Shown piece after piece: positions 9,207 to 18,715 of a stretch of 54,138 nt of DNA; the stretch's first letter is position 1, and each line of letters starts with the position of its first letter. Location: NCBI GenBank assembly GCA_023381995.1, contig JAMCVD010000112.1, forward strand, positions 1 to 54,138, given 5' to 3'. The translations under genes were made by a program, and so were the position numbers. The stretch is from Deltaproteobacteria bacterium. GTDB lineage: Bacteria > JAMCPX01. Under the pieces are notes generated by a model. It was given only the letters and a program-made list of their open reading frames with translations. It was not told the origin of the DNA and did no database searches.

Positions 9207-10106
9207 TCAGCGGTCTTTCTTGTGCGCCCTAGGGTGGGCGTCATCGTAGACCTTCATCAGCCTGTCCGTGCTCGTGTGGGTGTAGACCTGCGTCGTCGAT
9301 ATGCTTGCGTGTCCGAGGAACTCCTGGATGAGCCTCAGGTCCGCGCCGGCGTCCAGCAGGTGCGTCGCGAAGGTATGCCTCAGGGAGTGCGGGCTTATGT
9401 GCTTGCTGATGCCCGACTGTATCATATACTTTTTTACAATCAATCCAATCGCCCTTCTGGTGATCCTCTTCCCGTACCTGTTTACGAAAAGCGCCTTCCA
9501 CCCGTCATTCCCGAAGGCGCTTTTTCTCGTCTCCAGATACTCCGTGATGGCTTGCAGTGCCTTGCTGTTGACAGGCACTACCCGCTCTTTCCGGCCTTTC
9601 CCGATGACCCTCACATACCCTATAGTAATGTCGATATTCTCGATATCCAGTCCGGCAAGCTCCGAGACCCTCAGCCCGCTTGCGTAGAACAGCTCGAGCA
9701 TCGCCCTGTCCCTCAGGCCGAACACGCTGTCCGCATCGGGCAGCTCAAGCAGTCCGAAGGTCTCGTCGATGTTTAGGAAACCCGGCAGCATCCGGTCTTT
9801 CTTCGGTATGGATATGAGCCCGGCAGGGTTCATTTCGACGATGTGCTCCCTGAGCAGAAACTTGTAGAAGGTCTTCAGTGCGGCGATCTTACGCCCGACG
9901 GAGCTTTTTTTGTCCGTCTTCAGGAGCGAGGCGACGAAGCCCCTCAGCTCGAGGATGCCCGCGGACTCGATGGACCTCGAAGGACGCAGGCCGTCCAAGA
10001 ACAGAGAGAACTGCCCTATGTCGGAGAGGTAGGCATCGATGGTATTGCGTGACGCGGCCTTCTCCACGCTGAGGTAGGTCTTAAACATCTCGATAGAGCG
10101 TTCCAT
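9207..10106 (-). CDS. xerC: Tyrosine recombinase XerC
   Basis: GLRVSEL, GKGRKER, HSLRHTFATHLL, LGHASISTTQVYTH and C-terminal AHPRA. No IntI-specific insertion is seen, and the hslVU neighbourhood fits xerC. Confidence 0.85.
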   Translation of the reverse strand: MERSIEMFKTYLSVEKAASRNTIDAYLSDIGQFSLFLDGLRPSRSIESAGILELRGFVASLLKTDKKSSVGRKIAALKTFYKFLLREHIVEMNPAGLISIPKKDRMLPGFLNIDETFGLLELPDADSVFGLRDRAMLELFYASGLRVSELAGLDIENIDITIGYVRVIGKGRKERVVPVNSKALQAITEYLETRKSAFGNDGWKALFVNRYGKRITRRAIGLIVKKYMIQSGISKHISPHSLRHTFATHLLDAGADLRLIQEFLGHASISTTQVYTHTSTDRLMKVYDDAHPRAHKKDR

Positions 10107-10171
10107 TACAGGACACACGTAACACACTGTGTGCGGTTTTTCAAATACGGGCGAAGGGGGTACGCTTTAAT

Positions 10172-10200
10172 TTGACAATGGCATGCAGTTCATTTAGTTT
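10172..10200 (+). promoter_or_regulatory. Putative sigma70 promoter for yajC-HD-secDF-recJ
   Basis: TTGACA-N17-TAGTTT. Confidence 0.5.
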
Positions 10201-10327
10201 ACAAACAGGCATGGTGAGAAGCAACCGTGGCTTCGACCTGCCGTAAAGAAGGGATGAAGGTTCCCTTTTAGTTACTTACCATACAGGGCAGGGCCTTAAA
10301 ACGAGATAAAAATAAAAGGAGAATAGA

Positions 10328-10703
10328 ATGAATACGATTGCGTATGCGATGGGGACGATGGGCCAGACCGGCACTACCGGTGCCGCGGGGGGGGGGTATG
10401 TCCGGACTGATGGGGATGTTTCTGCCCCTGATCATAATCTTCGCCATCTTCTGGCTGCTGCTGATAAGGCCCCAGCAGAAGAAGATGAAAAAGCACCAGG
10501 AGTTCGTCTCGAACCTGAAAAAGGGCGATGAGGTCATCACCTCGAGCGGTCTCTACGGCAAGATTGCAGGCGTTTCAAACAATGCGATCACGCTCGAGAT
10601 CGCCGAGGGCGTAAAGGTAAAGATAGAGAAGGCCCACGTATCCGGCTATACGGCGCAGAGCCAGCCTGTATCCGCGGAGAAGGTCGGGAATACGGGCAAG
10701 TAA
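10328..10703 (+). CDS. yajC: Preprotein translocase subunit YajC, apparently frameshifted at a G10 run (10387-10396)
   Basis: AAAGGAG RBS and ATG 10328 give MNTIAYAMG...AAGGG. The YajC core (FWLLLIRPQQKK, LKKGDEVITSSGLYGKI) is in the +1 frame, and removing one G joins the two. Confidence 0.9.
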
Positions 10704-10710
10704 CGCACCG

Positions 10711-11385
10711 ATGAACGTCCCGGACAGCAAAGTCCTTCAGCAGGTCATGGATGATCCAAGGACCGCCGTGTACATAGATATGGCGGACCGTCACCTCGAG
10801 CAGATAGGATATACGGAGCACGGCAGGAGGCATGCCCTGTTCGTTTCGCAGAGGTCCGGGTACATACTCGAGAGACTGGGCTTTCCGGAGAAGAGCGTCC
10901 TGCTCGCGAGCACGGCTGGCTACCTTCACGACATCGGCAACTTCATAGGCCGTGCGAGCCACAATGTGTTCAGCGCCTTCGTTGCAAAGGAGATACTCGA
11001 GCACAACGGCTTCGGCATCGAAGACACCGCCGTCGTCATGGGCGCGATCGGCAACCACGAGGAAGATAACGTGGAGATTACGAACGTGGTCACGGCCGCG
11101 ATCATCATAGCGGACAAGGCCGACGTCCACAGGACGCGCGTGCGGAACAGGAACTTCATATCGTTCGATATCCATGACAGGGTCAACTATGCGGTGACCC
11201 AGTCCAAGCTCGAGGTCGATTCGGGGAAAAAGGAGATCGTACTGGGCCTGGAGATCGATACCGAGATATCCGAGGTCGTCGAATACTTCGAGATATTCCT
11301 GACGAGGATGCTCCTGTGCAAGAAGGCGGCTGAGTATCTCGGGACGAAGTTCTCGATGTTCATAAACAACGTAAAATTAATTTAA
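10711..11385 (+). CDS. HD-domain phosphohydrolase
   Basis: GYTEHGRRHA, GYLHDIGN, AIGNHEE and IADKADVHRTRVRN. Confidence 0.85.
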   Translation: MNVPDSKVLQQVMDDPRTAVYIDMADRHLEQIGYTEHGRRHALFVSQRSGYILERLGFPEKSVLLASTAGYLHDIGNFIGRASHNVFSAFVAKEILEHNGFGIEDTAVVMGAIGNHEEDNVEITNVVTAAIIIADKADVHRTRVRNRNFISFDIHDRVNYAVTQSKLEVDSGKKEIVLGLEIDTEISEVVEYFEIFLTRMLLCKKAAEYLGTKFSMFINNVKLI

Positions 11386-11395
11386 AGGAGCTACA

Positions 11396-14032
11396 ATGCG
11401 GAAAAACATAGTGTGGAGGCTGATACTCGTGGGGCTGCTGACGGTCGTGTCCGTCTTCATAGTGCTGCCTTCGTTCATGAACGAACTGCCTGGATGGTGG
11501 AAAAGCCTGCTCCCGTCTGCCAAGCTGAACCTGGGGCTCGATCTGAAAGGGGGCACATACCTCGTGTTCGGCGTCGACCTCGATAAGGCTGTAAAGGACG
11601 ACCTGACTCGGAAGGCGCACGAGCTGAAAGAGGCCATCGACAACAAAAAGATCCCTGCACAGTCGGTCTCCGTCACCACATCGGGCGAGATCGACGTCGT
11701 ACTCGCACACATAGGCGACACGGACAGTTTTTTGAGCGTTTTGAAGGATGACTTCCCGGACCTCCAGAAGCTGGACGAGTCCAGGCCGCCGTCCTTCGTA
11801 CTGGCATTAACGGGCTCGGAGCTCTCCTATATGAAGGGGCACATACTGGACCAGGCGGTGGAGAATATAAGGAACCGCGTGGACCAGTTCGGCGTTGCGG
11901 AGCCGATCATACAGCCGCAGGGCAATGAGCAGATCGTGGTGGAACTGCCCGGCATCAAAGATCCAGAAAGGGCCATAAAGGTCATAGGCAAGACCGCACA
12001 GCTCGAGTTCATGCTCGTCGACGAGGCCCCCCCCTTTCTGACTGAACTCGTCAAGGACACCAAGGCCCTGCCGGACGGGGTCTTTGCAGGGACGAGCCCC
12101 GTCGCCCTGTCGAACGGGGGATCCGTCAACAGCCCGTACCTCTGGGCGTACGATAAGGGCAAGCTCGAGCAGTTCCTCGCGGGCAAGGTCCCGCCCCAGT
12201 ATACGATCGGGTATCAGGTAAACAAGGACACCAATACCAACATCACGACATATCAGACGTACGTGCTGGACAAGGACGTCTCCATGACGGGGGACATGCT
12301 CACGGACGCACGGATGCAGATAGGGGGAGAGTACAATCAGCCGTATGTCTCGATACGCTTCAATTCGAGGGGCGCGAGGCTGTTCGATCAACTGACGGCC
12401 ACACATGTAGGACAGAGGCTGGCGATCGTCCTCGATAACATAGTCTACTCGGCGCCCGTCATACGTGAGCGGATCAGCGGCGGCATAGCCCAGATCAGCG
12501 GCAATTTTACCGAGAATGAGGCAAAGGACCTTGCGATAGTGCTGAGGGCCGGCGCCCTGCCCGCACCCGTCAGGATACTCATGAAGAACGTCGTCGGTCC
12601 TACCCTGGGTTCGGATTCCATACGGGAGGGTATGACTGCGGCAGTTGCGGGCGGAATATTCGTTGTTGTATTTATGCTCTTGTATTACATGATCGCCGGT
12701 GTCATAGCCGATATAGGTTTGATCATCAACGTCATTATGCTTCTGGCGATACTGGCATTGTTCGGTGCGACCTTAACCCTGCCGGGCATCGCGGGTATTA
12801 TCCTGTCCATCGGTATGGCTGTGGACACCAACGTGCTGAACTTCGAGAGGACACGGGAGGAGCTGAAGCTCGGTAAGCCCGTACGGACGGCCGTGGATGC
12901 AGGGTACGACAAGGCCTTCTACACGATCATAGACTCCCATATAACGACCCTGATAACGGCCATTATCCTGTACATATTCGGGACCGGCCCTATCAAGGGC
13001 TTTGCGGTGACGCTTAGCATAGGCGTTACGCTGAACCTCTTTACCGGGCTCTTCGCGACCAGGGCGTTCTTCGATTACCTGAACTCAAAGGTAAGGCTGG
13101 CACGGCTGAGGTTCCTCGAGTTCATCGGCAGACACAGTATCCATTTCATGGAGATGAGGCGGTACACCTACGTCATATCGGGCGTGCTGGTCATGGTAGG
13201 TGTAATCGCGTCTGTCCAGATAGGCAGGGGAAAGGCGAACCTCGGGATCGACTTCGGGGGCGGGACCTCCGTGCAAGTGAAGTTCTCGAAGCCCACCGCC
13301 ATCTCGGATATAAGGAAGGTCTTGAAGAAGACGGACATACCGGGCCCGGAGATCCAGGAGCTACCGAGGCTGAACGAGTTCCTGATAGACGTCAAGAACA
13401 TGAAGGGCCTGCATGAGAACGTGGCGGACGATATCATATCCACGCTGAAGGCCTCGTTTCCGGACAACAGCTTCGAGGTCGAGAGTACGAACGAGATAGG
13501 CCCCGTCGTCGGCAAGGACCTCCAGAAGAACGCCCTCTGGGCCATCATATTCTCGTTGATCGCCATCATCGTCTACATAGCGTGGCGGTTCGAATTCAAA
13601 TTCGGCGTCGCAGCGACGATAGCGACCGCACACGACGTGCTCGTTGTGCTCGGCGTATTCTACCTGCTCGACAAGGAGATAACGCTGCTCGTCGTCACCG
13701 CGCTCCTTACCCTTGCGGGCTACTCGCTCACGGACACCGTCGTCGTGTTCGACAGGATCAGGGAGAGGCTCAGGACGAGAAAGAACGAGACGAACATAGA
13801 GCTGTTCAACAGGAGCATAAATGAGGTGCTCAGCAGGACGATCATAACCTCGCTGACGGTCTTTTTGGTAGTGCTTGCCATGTACCTGATGGGGGGATCG
13901 GTCCTGCATGATTTCTCCCTTGCCATGCTTATCGGCGTCGTTGTCGGGACATACTCGTCCGTATTTATAGCGAGTGCCGTGGTAGTCGACTGGATAGGAG
14001 AGAAGGGCAAGGTCTTCCAAAAGAGAAAGTGA
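11396..14032 (+). CDS. secDF: Fused protein translocase subunit SecDF
   Basis: LGLDLKGG, RNRVDQFGVAEP, GPTLG and GMAVDTNV (SecD part). LGIDFGGG, GYSLTDTVVVFDRIRE and GTYSS (SecF part). Confidence 0.96.
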   Translation: MRKNIVWRLILVGLLTVVSVFIVLPSFMNELPGWWKSLLPSAKLNLGLDLKGGTYLVFGVDLDKAVKDDLTRKAHELKEAIDNKKIPAQSVSVTTSGEIDVVLAHIGDTDSFLSVLKDDFPDLQKLDESRPPSFVLALTGSELSYMKGHILDQAVENIRNRVDQFGVAEPIIQPQGNEQIVVELPGIKDPERAIKVIGKTAQLEFMLVDEAPPFLTELVKDTKALPDGVFAGTSPVALSNGGSVNSPYLWAYDKGKLEQFLAGKVPPQYTIGYQVNKDTNTNITTYQTYVLDKDVSMTGDMLTDARMQIGGEYNQPYVSIRFNSRGARLFDQLTATHVGQRLAIVLDNIVYSAPVIRERISGGIAQISGNFTENEAKDLAIVLRAGALPAPVRILMKNVVGPTLGSDSIREGMTAAVAGGIFVVVFMLLYYMIAGVIADIGLIINVIMLLAILALFGATLTLPGIAGIILSIGMAVDTNVLNFERTREELKLGKPVRTAVDAGYDKAFYTIIDSHITTLITAIILYIFGTGPIKGFAVTLSIGVTLNLFTGLFATRAFFDYLNSKVRLARLRFLEFIGRHSIHFMEMRRYTYVISGVLVMVGVIASVQIGRGKANLGIDFGGGTSVQVKFSKPTAISDIRKVLKKTDIPGPEIQELPRLNEFLIDVKNMKGLHENVADDIISTLKASFPDNSFEVESTNEIGPVVGKDLQKNALWAIIFSLIAIIVYIAWRFEFKFGVAATIATAHDVLVVLGVFYLLDKEITLLVVTALLTLAGYSLTDTVVVFDRIRERLRTRKNETNIELFNRSINEVLSRTIITSLTVFLVVLAMYLMGGSVLHDFSLAMLIGVVVGTYSSVFIASAVVVDWIGEKGKVFQKRK

Positions 14033-15747
14033 TGGCAAGACGGTGGGAGAACAGAAATAGCCCTGCGGCGGACGTCGTCAGGAACCTGTCACGCACGGCG
14101 GGGATTTCGGACATCCTGTCGACCATACTGATAAACAGGGGGATAACGGACCCGGAGAAGGCGATCCGGTTCCTGCATCCGACCCTCCAGCACCTGCCTT
14201 CGCCGTTCCTCATAGAGGGGATGGAGCGGGCCGTGGACAGGATAATACTGGCATTGAAAAAGCATGAGAAGATAATGCTCTATGGAGACTACGACGTCGA
14301 CGGCATATCTTCAGTGTCCGTGGTGTACCTCTATATGAAATCGGTCGGCGCGAACGTAGGCTATCATATCCCGAGCAGGCTCGACGAGGGGTACGGGCTC
14401 CACGTAAACAGCATAAAACAATTTGTCAGCGGGGGATTCAGCCTTCTCATAACGCTCGACTGCGGCATATCGAACAACGAGGAAATACGCTTTGCGAAAC
14501 AGAACAACATGGACACCATAATAGCGGACCATCACGAGATCCCGGACACAAGGCCCCCTGCCTACGCCATACTCGACCCGAAGGACAGCAGCATTGCGGA
14601 ACTCAGCGTCATTGCGGGCGTCGGCGTGGCCTTTAATCTGCTGATGGCACTGCGAAGTACGATGAAGAAAGAAGGGTTCTTTGACCACATGGAGATGCCG
14701 AACTTGAAGCACTATCTCGACCTCGTGGCGCTGGGGACGATTGCGGACATCGTCCCGCTCGTCGGGGAGAACAGGATCTTCATAAGCGCGGGGATACGGG
14801 TGCTCCAGGAGTCCGAGAGGTTTGGGATAAAGGCATTGAAAGACATTTCCTCGTTGTACGGCAACGAGCTCCATGCATCGGACGTGAGCTTCAGGATCGC
14901 ACCGAGGATAAACGCTGCGGGCAGGCTCGACGACCCCGCGATAGGCGTACAGCTCCTGACCGCCGACAACCCGCTGCTTGCCGCCAAGCTCGCCAGTACG
15001 CTCGATAAGATCAATACCGACAGACAGCAGATAGAACAAAAAATATTCAAGAGCGCCAGGGAGCTTATAAAGAAAGACCCGGCCATGCAGGGCAGCAAGG
15101 GGATAGTGCTGGCGTCCGAAGAGTGGCACCCCGGCGTCATCGGCATCGTGGCCTCCAAGCTTGTCGAGGTCTACTACAGGCCCACGATCCTGATATCGCT
15201 GGACAGCGGCATGGGAAAGGGCTCCGCACGGAGCATAAAGCCGATCCACATCTACGAGGCCCTGAAGACCCTCAGCGAGTACCTTGTCGGGTTCGGGGGC
15301 CACAAGCTTGCCGCCGGGCTCCTGATAAAGTCGGAGAACCTGGAAGGCTTCAGGAGCGACTTTTTCAGGCTGCTCGACGCGACGCTGACCGAGGACATGC
15401 TCGTGCCCTCGCTGAGCATAGACGCGGCACTGAGCTTCAGGGAGATCACGAAGAAGTTCGTCCATGATCTGGGGCTCCTGATGCCGTACGGGCCCGGCAA
15501 CACGGAGCCAGTATTCATCTCGCACGACGTCAGGATTGCGGACCCGGTCATGCTGAAGAACAACGTAGTGAGGTGCAAGGCGGTGCAGGACGATTCCGTG
15601 ATGGATCTCATATCGTTCAATGCAGTCGAATCCATAGAGAGCTTGCCAAAGTACGCAAACATAGCTTATTATATCAGGAACAACGTGTTCAATGGCTCCG
15701 AGAACATAGAGCTTGTCTTGAAGGACATTGTGAATTCGCGTCATTGA
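14029..15747 (+). CDS. recJ: Single-stranded-DNA-specific exonuclease RecJ
   Basis: YGDYDVDG, EGYGL, LDCG, DHH, GTIADIVPL, PRINAAGRL, GSARS and FGGHKLAAG. Confidence 0.95.
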   Translation: MMARRWENRNSPAADVVRNLSRTAGISDILSTILINRGITDPEKAIRFLHPTLQHLPSPFLIEGMERAVDRIILALKKHEKIMLYGDYDVDGISSVSVVYLYMKSVGANVGYHIPSRLDEGYGLHVNSIKQFVSGGFSLLITLDCGISNNEEIRFAKQNNMDTIIADHHEIPDTRPPAYAILDPKDSSIAELSVIAGVGVAFNLLMALRSTMKKEGFFDHMEMPNLKHYLDLVALGTIADIVPLVGENRIFISAGIRVLQESERFGIKALKDISSLYGNELHASDVSFRIAPRINAAGRLDDPAIGVQLLTADNPLLAAKLASTLDKINTDRQQIEQKIFKSARELIKKDPAMQGSKGIVLASEEWHPGVIGIVASKLVEVYYRPTILISLDSGMGKGSARSIKPIHIYEALKTLSEYLVGFGGHKLAAGLLIKSENLEGFRSDFFRLLDATLTEDMLVPSLSIDAALSFREITKKFVHDLGLLMPYGPGNTEPVFISHDVRIADPVMLKNNVVRCKAVQDDSVMDLISFNAVESIESLPKYANIAYYIRNNVFNGSENIELVLKDIVNSRH

Positions 15748-15772
15748 CACCGGAAGATATGAATATTAAAAT
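15744..15772 (+). promoter_or_regulatory. Putative sigma70 promoter for rpoZ-rel-ridA
   Basis: TTGACA-N17-TAAAAT, 25 nt before the rpoZ ATG, which has an AAGGAG RBS. Confidence 0.6.
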
Positions 15773-15796
15773 AGCAATAAGCAAGGAGAGGTAACA

Positions 15797-16009
15797 ATGG
15801 CAAGGGTAACAGTGGAAGATTCGCTCAAGATCACCAATAATAGGTTTATTCTGACGCAGATCGTCATGAAAAGGGCAAAGCAGTTGATTAAAGGCGCGCA
15901 TTCGCTTATCGACAACAAAGACGACAACAGAGAGATAGTGCTCGCTTTGAGAGAAATTGCCGCGGGCAAGATCCCGTACACGGTCGACAATATCAAGAAA
16001 AAAAGATAA
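15797..16009 (+). CDS. rpoZ: RNA polymerase omega subunit
   Basis: MARVTVED, NRF, KRAKQL and ALREIAAG; it lies upstream of rel. Confidence 0.95.
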   Translation: MARVTVEDSLKITNNRFILTQIVMKRAKQLIKGAHSLIDNKDDNREIVLALREIAAGKIPYTVDNIKKKR

Positions 16010-16054
16010 TCTTTGTGCCGGCGAGCGTGGGACGACGCTCACAGAAGATAGGTT

Positions 16055-18217
16055 ATGATCAGGCTAAATGAAATCCATGAGAAGATACTTTCCTATAACC
16101 CGGATGCCGATTTAGATCTGATAAACAAGGCGTACGTCTTTTCCGCCAAGGTGCACAACGGACAGGTGCGTATGTCCGGTGAGCCTTACCTCATACACCC
16201 CATGGAGGTTGCGGGGATACTAGCGTCCCTGAAGATGGACGTACCTACCATCGCCGCAGGCCTGCTCCACGACACCGTGGAAGACACATGGGCGACCGTC
16301 GAGGAGATTACCGATCTGTTCGGCAAAGAGGTCGCCGACATGGTAGAAGGTGTAACGAAGATAAGCAACATCACCTTCAATACCGAAGTCGCAAAACAGG
16401 CAGAGAACTTTCGCAAAATGCTTATCGCAATGGCGAAGGACATACGGGTCATCATCATCAAGCTTGCGGACAGACTCAACAACATGAGGACGCTCGAGCA
16501 TATGCCGGAGGAGAAGAGGGAGAGCATCGCAAAAGAGACGCTCGACATATACGCTCCCATCGCGCACAGGCTGGGCATCTACTGGTTGAAGTCTGAACTC
16601 GAAGACCTGTCGTTCCGTTTCACGAAGCCCGAGTTTTACTACCGTCTCTCGAAGCTGGTCGCCAAGAGCCGGAAAGAGCGGGAAAGGTACGTGCACGAGG
16701 TCGAACACATCCTCACGGAGACGCTCGCAAAAGAGGGACTGAAGGCCGAGGTAACGGGAAGGCCCAAGCACCTTTACGGCATATACCAGAAGATGGAAAA
16801 GTCCAATCTCGACTTTGAGCAGGTCTACGACATCACCGCCTTCAGGATAATCGTGGAGGCCGTAAAGGACTGCTACCAAGCACTCGGTATTATCCATACG
16901 ACATGGAGGCCTGTTCCGGACAGATTCAAAGACTACATCGCCATGCCCAAGACCAACATGTACCAGTCGCTCCATACGACGATAATAGGCCCTAAGGGCG
17001 AGAGGGTCGAGATACAGATAAGGACGCGCGACATGCACACCGTCGCAGAGGAAGGCATAGCGGCACACTGGAAGTACAAGGAAGGCAAGCTGCTTGAGAC
17101 GAAGGAGGACATAACCTTCAGGTGGATACGGCACCTCATAGAGTGGCAGCAGGACCTGAAAGACCCGGAGTCCTTCATGCAGTTCGTGAAAGTTGACCTG
17201 TTCCCGGACGAGGTCTATGTGTTTACGCCAAAGGGTGACGTGATAGAGCTCCCTGTCGGCGCAACGCCGCTGGACTTCGCCTATGCGATACACTCGGATG
17301 TCGGCAACCACTGTGCAAGCTCCAAGATAAACGGCAAGATCGTGCCCATCAAGACGCAGCTCAGGAACGGAGATACGGTCGAAGTCATTACCTCTCCGAC
17401 CGCACACCCTACGAGGGACTGGCTGAGGATCGTCGCTGCGTCGAAAACGAAGGCAAAGATCAGACAATGGCTCAGCAAGGAAGAAAGAGAAGAGAGCAGG
17501 AAGATAGGCAGGGAGCTGCTCGAGAGCGAATTCACCAAGTTCAACCTCGATTTCTCAAAATTTGTAAACTCAAGCGAGATACACAAATACCTCTCCGATG
17601 CAAACTTGAAGAACATAGACAGCCTGTACTCGCAGATCGGATACGGGAAACTGTCCCCGCTCCAGACCATAAAGCACCTGATCCCGATAGACAAGCTCAA
17701 GGAGCAGAGACCGCAGACAGACAGTACAATATCGAAGCTGTTCAAGCTGGTGGCGAGAAAGTCATCGACCGCGGTAAAGATAAAGGGCATGGACGATATA
17801 CTGGTGAGGTTTGCCCATTGCTGCAACCCCATCGTGGGGGACTCCATCGTCGGCTTTATAACGAGGGGTAGGGGCATAACGATCCACACGGCGAGCTGTC
17901 CAAAGACGATCGAGCTAGACCCGGAGCGCAAGATCGAGGCGGAATGGCATGCAGCGAGCAACATACTGAGGCCCGTAAAGATCATGGTGACGGGCATGGA
18001 CAAGCCTGGCCTGCTCGCGGGCATAACGAACTCCATCTCGACGCTCGGGGTGAACATAATAAGGGCGTCCGTAGCTCCCGACAGGAACCAGAAATCCACA
18101 CTGATGTTCGAGATCGCAGTCAAAGACATCCATCAGCTTCGGGAAGTCGTCAACAGCATATCGAAGATAAAAGACGTCACGAACGTGGAAAGGATACTAT
18201 CCGGAGAGGCTCCATGA
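16055..18217 (+). CDS. relA: Bifunctional (p)ppGpp synthetase/hydrolase (RelA/SpoT homolog)
   Basis: HD hydrolase LLHDTVED, KLADRLNNMRTL, RFKDYI, YQSLHTT and EIQIRT, followed by TGS (FTPKG), CC and ACT domains. Confidence 0.95.
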   Translation: MIRLNEIHEKILSYNPDADLDLINKAYVFSAKVHNGQVRMSGEPYLIHPMEVAGILASLKMDVPTIAAGLLHDTVEDTWATVEEITDLFGKEVADMVEGVTKISNITFNTEVAKQAENFRKMLIAMAKDIRVIIIKLADRLNNMRTLEHMPEEKRESIAKETLDIYAPIAHRLGIYWLKSELEDLSFRFTKPEFYYRLSKLVAKSRKERERYVHEVEHILTETLAKEGLKAEVTGRPKHLYGIYQKMEKSNLDFEQVYDITAFRIIVEAVKDCYQALGIIHTTWRPVPDRFKDYIAMPKTNMYQSLHTTIIGPKGERVEIQIRTRDMHTVAEEGIAAHWKYKEGKLLETKEDITFRWIRHLIEWQQDLKDPESFMQFVKVDLFPDEVYVFTPKGDVIELPVGATPLDFAYAIHSDVGNHCASSKINGKIVPIKTQLRNGDTVEVITSPTAHPTRDWLRIVAASKTKAKIRQWLSKEEREESRKIGRELLESEFTKFNLDFSKFVNSSEIHKYLSDANLKNIDSLYSQIGYGKLSPLQTIKHLIPIDKLKEQRPQTDSTISKLFKLVARKSSTAVKIKGMDDILVRFAHCCNPIVGDSIVGFITRGRGITIHTASCPKTIELDPERKIEAEWHAASNILRPVKIMVTGMDKPGLLAGITNSISTLGVNIIRASVAPDRNQKSTLMFEIAVKDIHQLREVVNSISKIKDVTNVERILSGEAP

Positions 18218-18591
18218 GGCACGGCATCGTGAGCCATAAGCTGCCGGCCCCTGTTGGCCCTTACTCGCAGATGGTCGAATGCCGCGGGTTCCTGTTCCTG
18301 TCCGGCCAGATAGCGTTGGAGCCTTCGACCGGCGTCGTCGTCAAGGGAGGTATAGCGCTCCAGACAGAGGCGATATTGGGTTCTGTCAAGGATGCACTGG
18401 AGGAACAGGGGCTGGATATGGGCCATATCGTAAAAGTGACCGCGTATCTGGTCGACACAGGGGACTTTGGTGCCTTCAATGGGGTTTATGCAAGCTACTT
18501 CGACGACACTCCACCCGCGAGAACGACCGTGTTTGTCAGCGCCCTACCAAATGGTGCAAGGGTAGAGCTCGACATTATCGCGCATCCATAG
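18214..18591 (+). CDS. ridA: RidA/YjgF family reactive intermediate deaminase
   Basis: PAPVGPYSQ, SGQI, FNGVYASYF, PPART and LPNGARVE. ATG 18214 overlaps the rel stop. Confidence 0.88.
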   Translation: MRHGIVSHKLPAPVGPYSQMVECRGFLFLSGQIALEPSTGVVVKGGIALQTEAILGSVKDALEEQGLDMGHIVKVTAYLVDTGDFGAFNGVYASYFDDTPPARTTVFVSALPNGARVELDIIAHP

Positions 18592-18654
18592 AGCACTTTT
18601 CGTCCCCTGAACAGGCCCTTCCCAACATGGTCTGACCGCAAAACAAGAATTTAC

Positions 18655-18689
18655 TTGACACAAAATAAATATATTGTATATTGTATACA
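18655..18689 (+). promoter_or_regulatory. Putative sigma70 promoter of the sat operon, overlapped by a palindromic operator
   Basis: TTGACA (18655) N16 TATATT. The palindrome TGTATA-TTG-TATACA (18675-18689) covers the -10 region. Confidence 0.55.
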
Positions 18690-18715
18690 TAATATAGGAC
18701 AGAAAGGAGGCAAAG

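Noticed and set aside
4907-10106. Integron (tyrosine recombinase followed by cassette-like genes)
   Set aside because: The recombinase is XerC-like without the IntI insertion and is co-oriented with the genes. I found no attC (RYYYAAC...GTTRRRY) structures in the spacers.
10201-10320. Riboswitch or attenuator in the yajC leader (AAGGGA...TCCCTTTT hairpin)
   Set aside because: Only a 6-bp stem is present and I recognise no aptamer; an Rfam scan would be needed.
11396-14032. SecD-SecF fusion as a novelty
   Set aside because: Fused SecDF is common in many bacterial lineages.
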